From positions 1,240,001-1,304,000 of the forward strand of contig JBNJNM010000012.1 in the NCBI GenBank assembly GCA_052426225.1: DNA of 64,000 nt, read 5' to 3'. The position numbers and the translations under genes are program-made. Source of the DNA: Zancudomyces culisetae HAW-14-8. Its lineage: Eukaryota > Fungi > Kickxellomycota. Under the pieces are notes generated by a model that worked only from the letters and a program-made list of their open reading frames with translations, searched no databases and was not told where the DNA came from. Shown in pieces: positions 11,952 through 24,688 of this stretch. Within the stretch, counting starts at the first letter, position 1, and every line of letters begins with the position of its first letter.

Positions 11952-12728
11952 TTAGGAAGGACGAGCATTTGGAGGGCGATATCCGTGCGCATGGGGAGGT
12001 GGATGTGGAGCGTATCTACATAGGTGACACAAACAAGAAAAAAATTTAGTCAAGGCCTCTTGGCAGGGGTTTGTTGTTAAAAAAATAAATAAACAAATTA
12101 CTTACCCAGGGGGCGGGGGATGGTATCCTGGTGGAGGAGCTCCAGGAATACCCATAGGAGGGCGTGCACCAGGTGGAATGATAGGAGGACGGAAACCGGG
12201 CGGAGGAACAGCACCACCAGTCGGGGGCATGCCTGGTCTGAATCCAACAGGTGGATGCATCATTGGCATACTCGGGATTCCAGGCCTGGGTTGCATCATT
12301 CCTGGTACAGGACCTCCAATACCACGTACAGGACCGGATAATCCGGCAGGAATGGGACCGGCTGCTGCAGTTGGGGCGTTGGATAGCGGAACAGTTCTCT
12401 TGGTCGGACGAGCCAAACCAGGCCCTGGCTGCAAGGACGAGGCAGCCGCTCTAGCTTGAATCGACTCTACGCTAACTGGTGGCGGGCCGTCCACGCTAAT
12501 AGAGATGACATTTTCCCCTCGTAGTACCACCAATCCCAATATCCGCTTGATCTGTCTATTTTCCAATTTGGTTTTTATTTGACGAAATTCTTCACAATCC
12601 GCCAGTACTAGATTCATGTGTTTATCAAATGCTAACATTTGACCCGTAAATACTCGCCCATCTTCCAGCGTTAGCCTCAGACGATGATTCAGGATGCTCA
12701 TCATCCTAGCATTTTTTGTGTTTCCCAT
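11952..12728 (-). CDS. SMB1: Small nuclear ribonucleoprotein-associated protein B (SmB); one intron at 12016-12105
   Basis: Sm motifs (DGRVFTGQMLAFDKHMNLVLADCEEFR; LGLVVLRGEN) and a Pro/Gly-rich tail. A GTAAGT...TAG intron joins an in-frame exon GYAPHPPPHAHGYRPPNARPS*. Confidence 0.93.
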
Positions 12729-13429
12729 TTTATTCGAAGCTACTGTGGGTTTTTACTTATTATCGTTCTAGATTGTACCGCAATTTTCTCGAATTATCCA
12801 AGTATATAGCCCAGAGGATGCGTATTTAACGTAAATCTATGTGAAATTCAAGTAAACTCGTATTTTATTAAAAACGAAGGCTGGAGTTTTATAGAAGATA
12901 TTTACAACACGTAAAAGCATCCAGTGGAAAAAAAAAATAACAAATGAGAGTTTTTGGTGATTTTAACAAAAACTACTTGTGTTTTTTTTTTGTATATTTT
13001 TTTTTACCAGTTATTAGGAGAGCAAAAATTTTTTTATGGATTTGGCAGTTTCTGTCCATACATTCATCAAAAAAAAAAGAGCCAAACAAGCCAACAGTGC
13101 AAACGATCTACAATACTTAACAAAGCTCCCCTGTGAAGTTGTAGCTGGCAAAACAGTAAGAAACGTTATTTTCATGATTATAAAGAGTCCAGATTTAATA
13201 CAAAGTCTGAAAGCCCCTCTCATACCATTTACTCTATGGACGACCCATAAACACCAAGTCCCAAGAAAGGGTAATTATCTGCTAATATAAAGCGTAGTTG
13301 TATATTATACCTAAGAAGTCTAAAACCAAACCTGTTAGCCCTTGCTTATAGGCTGCCTTGACCTGTATATTTTTGTTTATTTTTGAATATTAAGATAACA
13401 CAAAGGAAAAAATACTAAAATGGGTAGTG

Positions 13430-14677
13430 TTATAACAGGTGACGGGTGCAAAAAGCATGAATACGGTCGAAAGCTTCATTAAGAAGTTCCGGTGGGGGCG
13501 TAATAACGAAACGGAAGCTGTCTGGAAAATCAAACAAATCACCAGGAAGAATAGAAACATTCTCTTCGTGCTTCAGTGCGTGGAAAAAGCTAAAGTAGTC
13601 AGCAACTTCGGGGCGGAATTTGGAATAATCAACAAGCCCCATGACATACATGGATCCCTGGGGCTTTGTAGCGGCCTTTAATCCAGGAATAGAATTCAGT
13701 CGTTGTTCACAGATAGTCGCGTGTTGCTCAAGCCGGCTGCGAACATCCGCATGGAATTCTTCTGTGACATTAGATGGATCCAAGATCGCGGGGATGGCCT
13801 TCTGGATAAACGAAGTCACTGTGATCAACATGTCGGATAATGAGGACAATCCCTTCTTGATGGGGCTAAAGACCTTAAGTGGGTCATGAAGAGTAACCCA
13901 ACCGACTCTCCATCCAGGGACTAAATATTGCTTGGCCAATCCACCAACTGTCAATACAGGAACCGATTCTGATATTGTTGAAAGAGGATAAAACACCTCG
14001 CCTGTGAATACCATACCGTGGTATATCTCATCTGTTATGACGGGTATGTGGTACTTTTCGCATAGCGCAAGTATGTCCAAGAGGTGCTCCTTGCTGAAAT
14101 TACTACCACACGGATTTGAAGGATTGTTTATCAGCACTGCCCTGGTCCTTGAATCAATAAGGCTTTCGAGCTGTTCCAAGTCTACCTCCCATTTTCTATC
14201 CGCAAGTAGATTGTACATTTTGTGCTCTACCCCTCTTACCATTGCTGCTGTCTTGTACATTGTGAAACCTGGCCTAGGGATCAGGACATTGTCACCTCTA
14301 TTTGCCAACACACTAATTGCAAGGTCTATTGCTCCACAACCTCCACTTGTGAGGAATACATCCGTGTAATCTAGCTTGCAATAGCCTCCAGAATATCTAT
14401 CCGCAACAGCCTTTCTAGCCTCCATTTTTCCTGCAGCTGGGAGGTATCCATTACATTTTTTGCTTTCCAATGCCTGGTTTACTGCCTCTGTTATCTTTGG
14501 GCTCAAATCAAAGTTTCCGTACAAAGTTGGATCTCCAAGAGACAAATCTATGAGCTTTTTTGAGCTTTTTTCCCCTAGCAGGCCCTGTGGCTTACTGGTG
14601 ACCAGGTCAAATATGGGATTTATGCCCTTTGCGGCTTCTGCAGCCTTCACTTTTTCCCAGCCCTTCGTAGTACTCAT
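13430..14677 (-). CDS. TAT: Tyrosine aminotransferase-family aminotransferase, paralog 2
   Basis: 415 aa with LSLGDPTLYGN, NNPSNPCGS, TDEIY and GGLAKQYLVPGWRVGW; clearly paralogous to 47-1243. Confidence 0.88.
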   Translation of the reverse strand: MSTTKGWEKVKAAEAAKGINPIFDLVTSKPQGLLGEKSSKKLIDLSLGDPTLYGNFDLSPKITEAVNQALESKKCNGYLPAAGKMEARKAVADRYSGGYCKLDYTDVFLTSGGCGAIDLAISVLANRGDNVLIPRPGFTMYKTAAMVRGVEHKMYNLLADRKWEVDLEQLESLIDSRTRAVLINNPSNPCGSNFSKEHLLDILALCEKYHIPVITDEIYHGMVFTGEVFYPLSTISESVPVLTVGGLAKQYLVPGWRVGWVTLHDPLKVFSPIKKGLSSLSDMLITVTSFIQKAIPAILDPSNVTEEFHADVRSRLEQHATICEQRLNSIPGLKAATKPQGSMYVMGLVDYSKFRPEVADYFSFFHALKHEENVSILPGDLFDFPDSFRFVITPPPELLNEAFDRIHAFCTRHLL

Positions 14678-15192
14678 TTTTCTACCTATTTATCACTATT
14701 TGCTATATACTTGGTCCAAAATCGAAAAATTGAAAAACCGAAAAAATGGACAAATGTTGCAAATGGTTTTTTATAGTGTTTTCAGAATCATGTGTGTGTT
14801 ACGTAATATCAGCCTCGCGCGCTCTTTGCTGCTTACTAATAAATGAGCTATCCATTCAAATAGTTTATTTTTTCCCCTTTTTTTTCCTGATAAAACTGCA
14901 CCTCGAAAACTGGGCTTTTGGCTATTTGAAAAAAAAACCGCCCCTTGATGTTTGAAAAAATTAGTGAGCAATTAACACCAACTTGATACAACTTGAGGAG
15001 ATAATATGAAGAAAATCACAATTCAAACCAACCAACTAAAGGTAATGCTGATAATAAAAAAATCGCAATAGAACAAAGAGCTTATAGAAACTAAAAAATA
15101 AAAAGTGAAAAGGAAATGAGAGGGAAGAAAACGCTGAAATTGATCTTTTCTTCTGCGTTATTTCCCAAAGTTCTTCGTTTCTTGGGTCCTGC

Positions 15193-17249
15193 TCAAGTAC
15201 AGCCGCTAGAAGCCCTTGCCCTTATTTCCTTACACAGCCTACCGAAGGCTTCCTTGCATCTCATAAGCTCTGTCTCGGTTGTAAACTTCTGTGGGTTTGG
15301 TTTCAAATACACACGCAACATGAACTCTTCAAATTTTGTAGGATAGCATAGCGTCTTTTTTTGGATTGGCACCGAGAATGCAGTGTTTATATCCGTCTTA
15401 TTGTAAAATCTTATAAAATCAATTGGGTTTTTCGATCCCATGCCATAGTTTAATCTACACCAGTTTATGCAAATATCATCAGCGTCCAGTTGAGTATCAC
15501 ATTCAATTCTCTTAAAAATCTCTGTCGGCTCCCACCATTCCTTTTTTTTGGTACATATTTGTAATTAAATGGATTAGAGTATTGTGGTTATGCTTCCAAC
15601 TTGAAAAAATATATATATGTCAAATAATTCCTTTTTAGATATTCTCTTTAGTAGTTGAAAAAAAGACAGCATTAGTCGCACCAAAAGGAATTCTTACCTT
15701 TTTATACAAAGCGAGCTCCTCCTGACTCAGGAGTATCTCATCTACCAGTTTATATATTTCCCTTTTCCTGATTCTTTTAATAATTGCCTTCGACTCAGCC
15801 AGCCTTTTGTCCTCAGATCTCTCGATGTCACGCACAATTTCGTCAGTAAGGTACATATATTTATTAGGATCTTTGATCGAGTCTGCTATCCTTAACACAG
15901 TGTTGGCCCCAACCATCACTTCAATAATCATCATTTCTATCGCTTTACTTGTTTTGTGTGAATATATCTTTTTATGTAAACTATATCTAACATGGAATAG
16001 CTCCAAGATATTAAATATCTCCTTTTCATTGAAACAAACTTCATCGTCTATAACTCGTGAGTTTGTCATTAGTCTAATTGATATGTTTTTAAGTGTTTTT
16101 AGAATGTGTACTAGCTTGCTGCCACCAGACATAACAAAGAGACGTATTATTCTACAAAATACACTGGTTTAAGTGAGCATTTAGCCAAAAAGATAACAAT
16201 CTTACCTAGAATTATCATAACTACTTTTGATCCCCAAATGATGGCAATCACGCATCAAATAATCAAACTTGTCAACATCAATTCCATTTCTTTTGTTTGC
16301 AACTATCTGGAAGAGAAATTTTCGCTTTTCGTGACTAATTTACATATATTACACATTGTATCTTTCTTTAGTATATGATTTTTAATAGCTGACAGGGATA
16401 GAAAAGAATATCTAATAGGGGATTAGCTTGCCATTTTTTAGAAGGTTCTCCCATTATCAAATCAACAATAAAACTTGCTTCGTGCTCATTGATTTCCAGC
16501 GAGTTTTGTTCAATCATATCTCTGAACATCATTACTGAACCTTTCTCGTGGCTCCATGTGCAATGTGGATCAACTGCTTTCATAAAGCCAGAATCAAACG
16601 CATGGCTAAACGGCCCATGACCTATTTATGCGTTTATTTTGGTTTTCATGTTGTGCACCTTCGTGTAACTTTTCTCGTTTTCTAGCAGAAAAAGCATATA
16701 TTATTACCTAAATCATGGCACAAGCCAGCAATGGTGATGCACTTGACTTCTTCATCTGTTATTTCTAATTCCGGTTGTAATTCTCGTATGTTCTCTATCA
16801 TCTTGTTTGCCAAATGACTCACACCTATTTTTTTCGCATTCGAGTAAAGTTGAAAAGAAAAATGGAGCCCAAACACCCTTCAATTGCAATCGCTACTTTT
16901 TTTCGTAAACAAAAGCCCTGTCTTTACTTCAAGGATGAAAAATGTAAAATACCTATGGAATGCTCGAATCTTGTATGTGTGCCACCTGGGAATACGAAAT
17001 TAACCAGTCCCAATTGCTTGAGGTACCTCAGCCGTTGAAAATGCTCTGTGTCAATTATGTCCAGTACATATTTTTCCAATTTTATTTGTCCCTGAGAATA
17101 GTTAATAATATACTTTTATTGTTGTCCTCGTGCGGATAAAAAAAAACACCCGAAATATATATATTTATACATTCTCACTGTAATTGTCCAGGTATATTAA
17201 CTGACTGGCTTACATAAATTGGATCCTTGATATATTTTGTCTCGTCCAT
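15193..17249 (-). CDS. SAMHD1-like HD-domain dNTP triphosphohydrolase, multi-exon
   Basis: Exons read [12 protein letters not shown] / [28 protein letters not shown] / [13 protein letters not shown] / HGPFSHAFD / [19 protein letters not shown] / [12 protein letters not shown], separated by GT-AG introns. Confidence 0.88.
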
Positions 17250-18575
17250 TATATCTCAGCTATTTCCCTCAAGCATAAAAAAAAAGCGCTGATATATATG
17301 GTTTCTATACTAAAAGAGGATAAATTAAGGTTTCACAAAGGCAGCAACCTGTAGCTCTTATTTAAACGCAATTTCGTGTGTATATATATTTCTTCAATTT
17401 TTGATCTACTTATTCCTACGTAACACAAACGCAGCAAATATCAAATAAAACGAAGAACTAGACCGGCTTAAAAGAGCGAATAGGATACAGAGATAGCAAT
17501 ATTTTAATGCAGCATCTCATCCCAGTTTAGAATCCATTTCATGAAGCATTTTGACAAATTGCAAATGTTGTTTTTTATAAACAGTACTAACAAGACTAGC
17601 ACTGTGGTAGGAAAAGACTTCTTTTGAGAGGAGGAGATGTAAGCAACTGCTAATGCAACTGACAAATAAGAATGTTATTAGACCCTGTATTTCGCAAGAA
17701 ATTGGTCTAGAGCATAAGGCGATGAAAATGTGAATCTCATATATCCCAATAGTTTTCACTACTAAATTTTTTGGGAAAATGTTCAATCTAGCCACAACAT
17801 CAATGAATAGGTTGAAGGTGTTAGGTCTATCTATAGTTATAAAAACTGCTACTGACACGATTGCTTTCTCTAATTTTAGGTGCTTTTTTACAGCCAAGTA
17901 CAAAATCCATTGATTAACTGCTTTTAATGTGAAAAATTCGTATGATATAAAATATTTGCACCTTTTTTAACCTTTTTTCTCAGCCTTTTCACCTCGATCC
18001 TTTATTTTTTTCTTGCATTTATTTAGTCTAGAATTGGAATTGCATCTTAAAAGATAGATGCTTTGATAATCATATTAAAACTCGTACACCTACTTAACAA
18101 AAAAAGTTGTAAATTATAAATTGTTATAAATATCTGTACGTAAAAAAAAGCGTATAAAATGGACACGTCTTTTTATACCGTTGCATAAATGCACAAGCAT
18201 GCGTTGGTATTGTTTTCTATGGCACGGGTTACAGGTGTATACTGGAACGTTTTACTAATATATGTTATATTTGCTCTGGTATAGAGTTTATTTAATAAAA
18301 GTATTCCTGTTGAGTATAATAATAAAGGGTAGTTCTCTCCGTGATCTGTTACTAATAATAATAATCTTTAAAAAAAAAAAACAATAATAATATCCCTTTC
18401 TCGTTAATCTCCCGCCGTCTTGGTCCGTTACCATCCTATTTGTGTAAAACGTACATTCGGACTGGTTGTATAAAAAACACATTATGGTGGTTAGATGGTG
18501 GGGAATCATGAAAATAGGGGTACTAGGCGAATGTGTAAAAATTACGCATTCACAGGTATAAATATTTATATTAAG

Positions 18576-19832
18576 TTAATTCCTTGCTTGGTTGTAGGCA
18601 ATAAGGTTTGGAGATGCGGGATCAAGACCAGAAATAGCACCTGTGGTTGCGTAAAACACCAGTGTACTCTTCATTTGGAAAAACGACATTGGGCTTCCGG
18701 CAATGCCCAAAAAGTAGGCCATTAGCCCAGTTATGTGTGGTGCAGCCATGCTTGTTCCGGACAGCGTTGCAGTATCTGTATTTGAATTTTTTCCCGCTGA
18801 AAGGATGTTTTCGCCAGGCCCAAAAATACTGACACACTTTCCATAATTTGAAAAACTTGATTTATTATCAGAAATACCGATTGAACCTACTGCTACTGCG
18901 TATTGAGCGGAAGCCGGTGAGTACCCACATGCATCCCTATTATTATTTCCTGCACTGACTCCAAAGTGAATGTTTTTACTTACGGCTGCATCTACTGCAT
19001 CATTTAATGACTGGACATAGGAGGATCCAACGCTTAAATTTGCCACGGATAGTGCATCATTTCCTCCTGCACTTCGTTGCATATGATCATTAATCATAAA
19101 ATCGATTCCTTTAATGATGTTTGTCGAGGATCCCACACCATTTGAGCCAATCACTTTTATCCCCACAAGCGAAACTTTTTTAGCCACTCCAAAATTTATA
19201 CCACCAACTGTTCCAGCTACGTGCGTTCCATGCCCATTTAGATCCTGTGGAACATCACCGTCTATGGCTACGTATGCAACTCTAGCTCTTCCTTCAAATT
19301 CAACATTGTTTACATTTATTCCTGTATCCAGTATATATGCTGTTACTCCGGCACCACTTGAGGAGTCATAGTAATATGAATATGGAGAGGATCCTAATCG
19401 ATTTCTTTGCGAAATTCTAGCTAATCCCCATCCTGCGTTTTGCTGAACATTATCAACCCGTATCAGTGTTTCCCTTTCGACATATTTTACCTCTGGACTT
19501 AGTCTGATATAGTTCAACAGTTCTTCATCAAAACTACCTGAATATCCCAGTATAGAGTGTTTGAATACTGCATCTACGTTATTAGTTGAATGCTTGTTAT
19601 AGTTATTTGTTAGAACCACTTGAAAGTTTACTTTTTCTAAATGGTTATACAACACAGTTGCGTTTTCATTTGCCTTGGTCTCTAACACTACGATGTATTT
19701 ATTTGGAACAATTTCTGCATTCTCTGCCTCAAAAAGTGGTGCATATTTGGATGCTTCAAATATACTTTGCCTACTTTTCCAGGAATATGCGGTTGCCAGT
19801 GGCAGCAGAATTAAAAGTCGTTTATAATGCAT
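18576..19832 (-). CDS. Secreted subtilisin-like serine protease (S8A, proteinase K-like) with I9 propeptide
   Basis: Signal peptide, I9 domain (YIVVL...GYSGSF...VKYVE) and catalytic motifs ILDTG, GHGTHVAG, SGTSMAAPH. Confidence 0.93.
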   Translation of the reverse strand: MHYKRLLILLPLATAYSWKSRQSIFEASKYAPLFEAENAEIVPNKYIVVLETKANENATVLYNHLEKVNFQVVLTNNYNKHSTNNVDAVFKHSILGYSGSFDEELLNYIRLSPEVKYVERETLIRVDNVQQNAGWGLARISQRNRLGSSPYSYYYDSSSGAGVTAYILDTGINVNNVEFEGRARVAYVAIDGDVPQDLNGHGTHVAGTVGGINFGVAKKVSLVGIKVIGSNGVGSSTNIIKGIDFMINDHMQRSAGGNDALSVANLSVGSSYVQSLNDAVDAAVSKNIHFGVSAGNNNRDACGYSPASAQYAVAVGSIGISDNKSSFSNYGKCVSIFGPGENILSAGKNSNTDTATLSGTSMAAPHITGLMAYFLGIAGSPMSFFQMKSTLVFYATTGAISGLDPASPNLIAYNQARN

Positions 19833-22800
19833 AATATGAGCGTTTATTTTTTCACTGCTTGGATGAATGAACTGGGTTTAACTCTTATATTTTTAGAGAT
19901 AAATTGAACTATGAATGGTATTAAATTTGCTATGCTATGCTATGTATATATATATATATATATGATTATACACATATATGGTATTCCTAATTAAAGTATA
20001 GCTTATTCTCGAACTACTTTAAGTTACAATATCAATTCTCTAGTCATGTGTTACTCGAAAACAAAATATCTTTTGGTCTTTATTTAGCAAATACCTTTGT
20101 TCTAAAATTTTCACAGTAAGACAGGGATCATAGGGCGGGCGTTCCATTGCCCTGCAAATATAATTGTACACTATTATAGCATATTGCCATTTTAATCCAC
20201 AAACTTTTAAAATGAAATCGAAAGTAAAAAAAAAACTGATTATAAGCAGAGTATCCATGTGCCTTTACTTTCCCCGGTTTTTAGTGCTCATTAATTACGC
20301 CACTTTTTTAAAAATAAAGTAAAAAATACTCAAAAAAAGTGCTAAAGCGGTAGTATCTTATCACCACATCAACGTGTTGTTCATTGATATTAAGTAGTTT
20401 ATTCTTACTACTAAAACATTGAAGTGCAGATGTAATAACATCTTACAATATTCTGGGAACATTAAGAAAAAATGTTGACAAACCGTTCAGTATACTCAAA
20501 TAGGTGTATCATTTGAGCAAGGTGCTAGAAAAAAGTGGCGTGAAGCAAGCCACCTTTGCTCCACGCCTTTCTCTTTGATTTTTACACCCGATTCCTCTTT
20601 TCATATAAACCTCAGCATGACCTGATATTTTTCTGGCGGAAAGTATGATTCAAAATAAAACAGAGTTAGTAAATGGAACAGTAAACCGGTAACTATTAAA
20701 AGAAAATGTAACTAGGGGCGAAAAATGATGACCTCAGCACCAAAAACTACTTTTGTATTTTTCAGAGGTAGATAAGCAATTTTGAGTACTCAAGGAATAC
20801 TATGGAAAAAAGAAAAAGGTAAATAAAAAAATGTGATAAATTGCATAGTTATGCGATGGAGTTAGCTAACAATGCCCTTGGGTAAGCACCCTTTTGTGAT
20901 TAAATTCCTTTAATGTGAACACTAAATATCATACCCACGGGTAAAAACCGGGTGTTGTTGCTAATAACTTCTTCACACCTAGTTATTCTATCCATTCTTG
21001 CAATTTCAATAAACCATTGTCTGTATATTTTGAGAACCACCCACCTTGTGTTTCCAGTAGCGAGGTTCTCATACCTAAGATGATTTGTAGCATAATTTGA
21101 AGCCGGTAAACCGTTTTCCCCTTTTGGCCCACTTCCACTTCTTCCTCATATCCACACACAAATACACAATTAATGCAGTTTAATAGTATCAACAGCCGTA
21201 CAGTAGTTTCTCCAATACTACTGGCTTTGAGTCTGGTGTGTAATTTATCGGTATGGTCTATAATTCTCTTGTACATATTTTCACACACTAGCTTCTCTAT
21301 CGTTTTCAAGCTTGATATAAAGATCAATGCTTAACAAAAAAAAAAGAAACGAGGCAAGTGAAAGATGGTGCTTATATAAATTAAGGAAATACAATGTGAC
21401 ATCCAATCACACCCGTCGATTGGAAAAAATGTGTAAATATTGATGATAACAAGAAGGGCAGGCGAAGGGGGTGTGTGTACGATCACAAGATGGATGAATG
21501 ATACTTTTTGAGATTAAATAATGTTAACTCCGAATATTGAACCCGAATATTGCACTTTTGAATAAATTTCAAATTCCTATTATACTGTGTATACCAAATC
21601 TAATATAACGTGACAAGTTTATATCGAGGTTGGGATACGTTGATCTTAGGCAACTGATTCCCGTTTTTCATAAATAATAAAAAAAAAGGATACTGTTCTT
21701 GTAAAAATAAAAAAGCAAAAGCATGATGGATGAATAATTATTTTGCAGTATAGTGCAACACAGTTATTAAAAGTAAAGTGTTAAAACGAGTTAAATTCAC
21801 AAAAATCTATTACACTGTTCGATTAATCAATTACGCTTTTCTAAGTGTATAAAGTTTACTTGGTGATACGTGGATAAACGCTGCGAGCAAAGATGTTATG
21901 TATTATATAACTTAAGCTTTAGTGGGGTACAAACAGGTCGGCGATTCTTGGACGTCTGGTATTATGTACTTTTAACTTTTGAGTACCAAAATAAAAGAGG
22001 TATACAGGAATCCCCTAAGAAACCGCGTTACGCCTGGTAAAGGTATGTAAAAGATGGACTGGAATTACAAATTAGTAACAGCCAATAACACTGGTTTAAT
22101 ACAGCTAAGAGGTTCAAAGCATCAAGCTGTCAGTGTTTTATTCCATCATTGTGGCAGTTGCAAAGGAAAAGACTGTATTTTCCTCTGGTTTATGTGTGTT
22201 TTGACTTGTCTAGGAGATAATGGAACGTGGTTGATGTTGCCTTTATAGTATTTAAAATTAGAACTGTTTCAGACCTGTTTTTTTTTTTGCAAAGACCATC
22301 CTAAGATTCTTGCTTTGGCATGAAATAATTGTAATGTGTTTTTTTTTGTATTTGTTGCAGACAGTATACACAGGATTAAGAACGCGCGAGTCTAGAATAT
22401 GATATTGAAATGTAATATTAATTTAGGTTCTTCGCCTTTTGCAAAAGCTGTGGTGGATACTTCCGATATAAAATCGCGCTCATCGGAACTGAGCTTTTTT
22501 TTTTTGCAATATTGACTTGTATGAAATAAACTATAAACAAATGAAAAAATCTAAAGTAATAAAGTCGCTTTTTTTTCTAGCTAAAAATATGTACTAAGAG
22601 GGCTCAGAAAACTCATGCTTCACTTTCTTTATATATCAATTATATGTTTTTATGTCCTGCTATTATTTAATTATTTAGATATAACAATATTGTGTGAAAT
22701 GTATGCTTGTCCCTAGGTAGCATATATTTAACCCACAGAGTCTCGATTATTGATGATACACGACAGATACAAATCATGGTTCTTATGTGAGAATTCAACT

Positions 22801-23924
22801 TTAGCCACTAAAAGCATAGAGTGAGTTCATTTTCTCGCACATATTATAGCCTCAAAAATAATGGATGGTGGATAAAGTCCCCCTATCCTAGTATCAAGGA
22901 AAATAATACAAATGTAGTTAGTGGAGGGAAAAAATAATAATACTATCTGATTTAGACCAAGTCTAGCCAAAGTCATTGACTGCTTTTTTTTTTTGCCCGA
23001 GTCTTTATTTGTGATCATCACCCTTTGCTTTACACTCTCCACTCTTTGCCCTTTGCCTTTTACTCTTTCTATTTACTTTTGCGTTTTGCCCCTTATGTTC
23101 CACTTTTAAGTAAATTCCCGCTTCCACTAGTTTTTTTTATTCATGTCTCGACTATATACTTTTGCCTTTCAGTTCCCGTTTTTGATAATGTTAGCATCAT
23201 TTTTTATTATCGTTTCTGTTGCTGCTGCTTTTGTAATGTTTAACATATCATTAAACCTCCTATCAGTGCTCTTTATTTACACTCTGGGAATCTTAAATTG
23301 GCAAAACAATTCATGAAATCGCCATGTTTACATTTTTATTAATCCAATTTTCGCACTAGATTGAAGTCAGTTTATTTTAACATCACTACAGATTGTCTTT
23401 GTTTTCTCACCAAACTCACGCCTTATTATAACAAAATGGCTATGGAGGCAATAGAAGCAAAAGATAATGGTATATTAACTGATACTGAGAACAGAGAAAA
23501 TAATTTACTCGTGACAGTAAACTGGCAATTAAGGAAAGAAAATACTTTATTATTGAGAATACTGCATGATTTTTATACGATACAACAAGACTGAGGCTAT
23601 ATGATATTTTCCTTGGAGAAAAATATCTTGAAAAGTGGTTGTATACATTAATCTTGTTGAATAGGGTACATTAAAATTCAAATTATAGACAGATGAGTAC
23701 ATTGTTAATAATAATTTTGTTACACTTATTTAGTTTTTCATTCTTCATATGCAACTTGAACACAAAGCTGCATTTTGTATAAATATTCTAGAATATACCT
23801 GAGGACATATTCAAATATAAAAGTTGCTTTAATTTCCTACAAAGTTAGAAAAGTAATATCTATAAATCGCAGTTCAATTCCCCGATTAAAAAACAAAAAA
23901 ACCTTAAAACGAAAACACTCAAAG

Positions 23925-24320
23925 ATGAAGCTATTGGCAGTAGGAAGTTTGGTTGGTGCAGTAGTCGCCATTTCACACCAAGAACAATGCTTTTTGGACG
24001 CATGTAACGGAGATCCATTAAACTCTGACTGTGTAGCTGGATGTTATGAAGTACCACCACCAGATCAAGTCACTCTTGCCGAAGCAAACCAGTGTTACAT
24101 GGGTTGTGTAGCCTCAAATAGTACTAAATCCTACGGAGCTTGTATTATCAAATGTATTTCCACCCACATTGTGGAGGGTACCAAGGACACAGAGAAAAAG
24201 CATCCAAAATCCCGTTCTTCAATCTCCTCAGTCTCAGTCTCTGGCTCAGAAACCATTGCCAAATTCACTGGCGCAACAATTGCAGGATCCATCGTCATGG
24301 CAGTTTTAGGACTTATCTGA
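23925..24320 (+). CDS. Small secreted Cys-rich protein with Ser-rich linker and probable GPI anchor
   Basis: ATG at 23925 (MKLLAVGSLVGAVVA signal), 8 Cys in a CxxxC..CxxxC..VP.P..CxxxC..CxxxC pattern, Ser-rich stalk and hydrophobic C-terminus. Confidence 0.8.
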   Translation: MKLLAVGSLVGAVVAISHQEQCFLDACNGDPLNSDCVAGCYEVPPPDQVTLAEANQCYMGCVASNSTKSYGACIIKCISTHIVEGTKDTEKKHPKSRSSISSVSVSGSETIAKFTGATIAGSIVMAVLGLI

Positions 24321-24688
24321 TTTTAGTCAGCTTTGGTTTTTTTTCTTTTGTATACATGTTACATTTGGCCAATAGAGTTTGAAACCAACACTTGGCATTC
24401 TTTTTTACGTTCCTCTTTTGGCTACATTTTCGCAGATTTAGTGTCAATAAATCTAATTTAACCAATAAAGTCCTAGCTCTTAACTCCAAAAACAACTTTC
24501 ATGTGAAAAATATAGACATATCAAAAAAAAATTTTTTATTGCCTGTTTCAGAGGGAGGAAAAATAGGTGGATGTATAGAGATATAAAAGAGGTTGATCGC
24601 CATTCCGCCACATTTTTCGTTTAGTAGAAAAAAGTATCAATTTTCGATGAGAGGATTTGTAAACAAGGCAATACAGAACATACGCAAA

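Noticed and set aside
12102-12104. Stop codon of the SmB ORF as given in the ORF track
   Set aside because: The TAA lies inside a GTAAGT donor; a downstream in-frame Pro-rich exon completes the protein.
17517-17903. 128 aa ORF
   Set aside because: Non-ATG start and no recognisable domain; may be a gene relic but cannot be supported.
20983-21327. 114 aa ORF
   Set aside because: Non-ATG start, no recognisable motif and no convincing exon structure.
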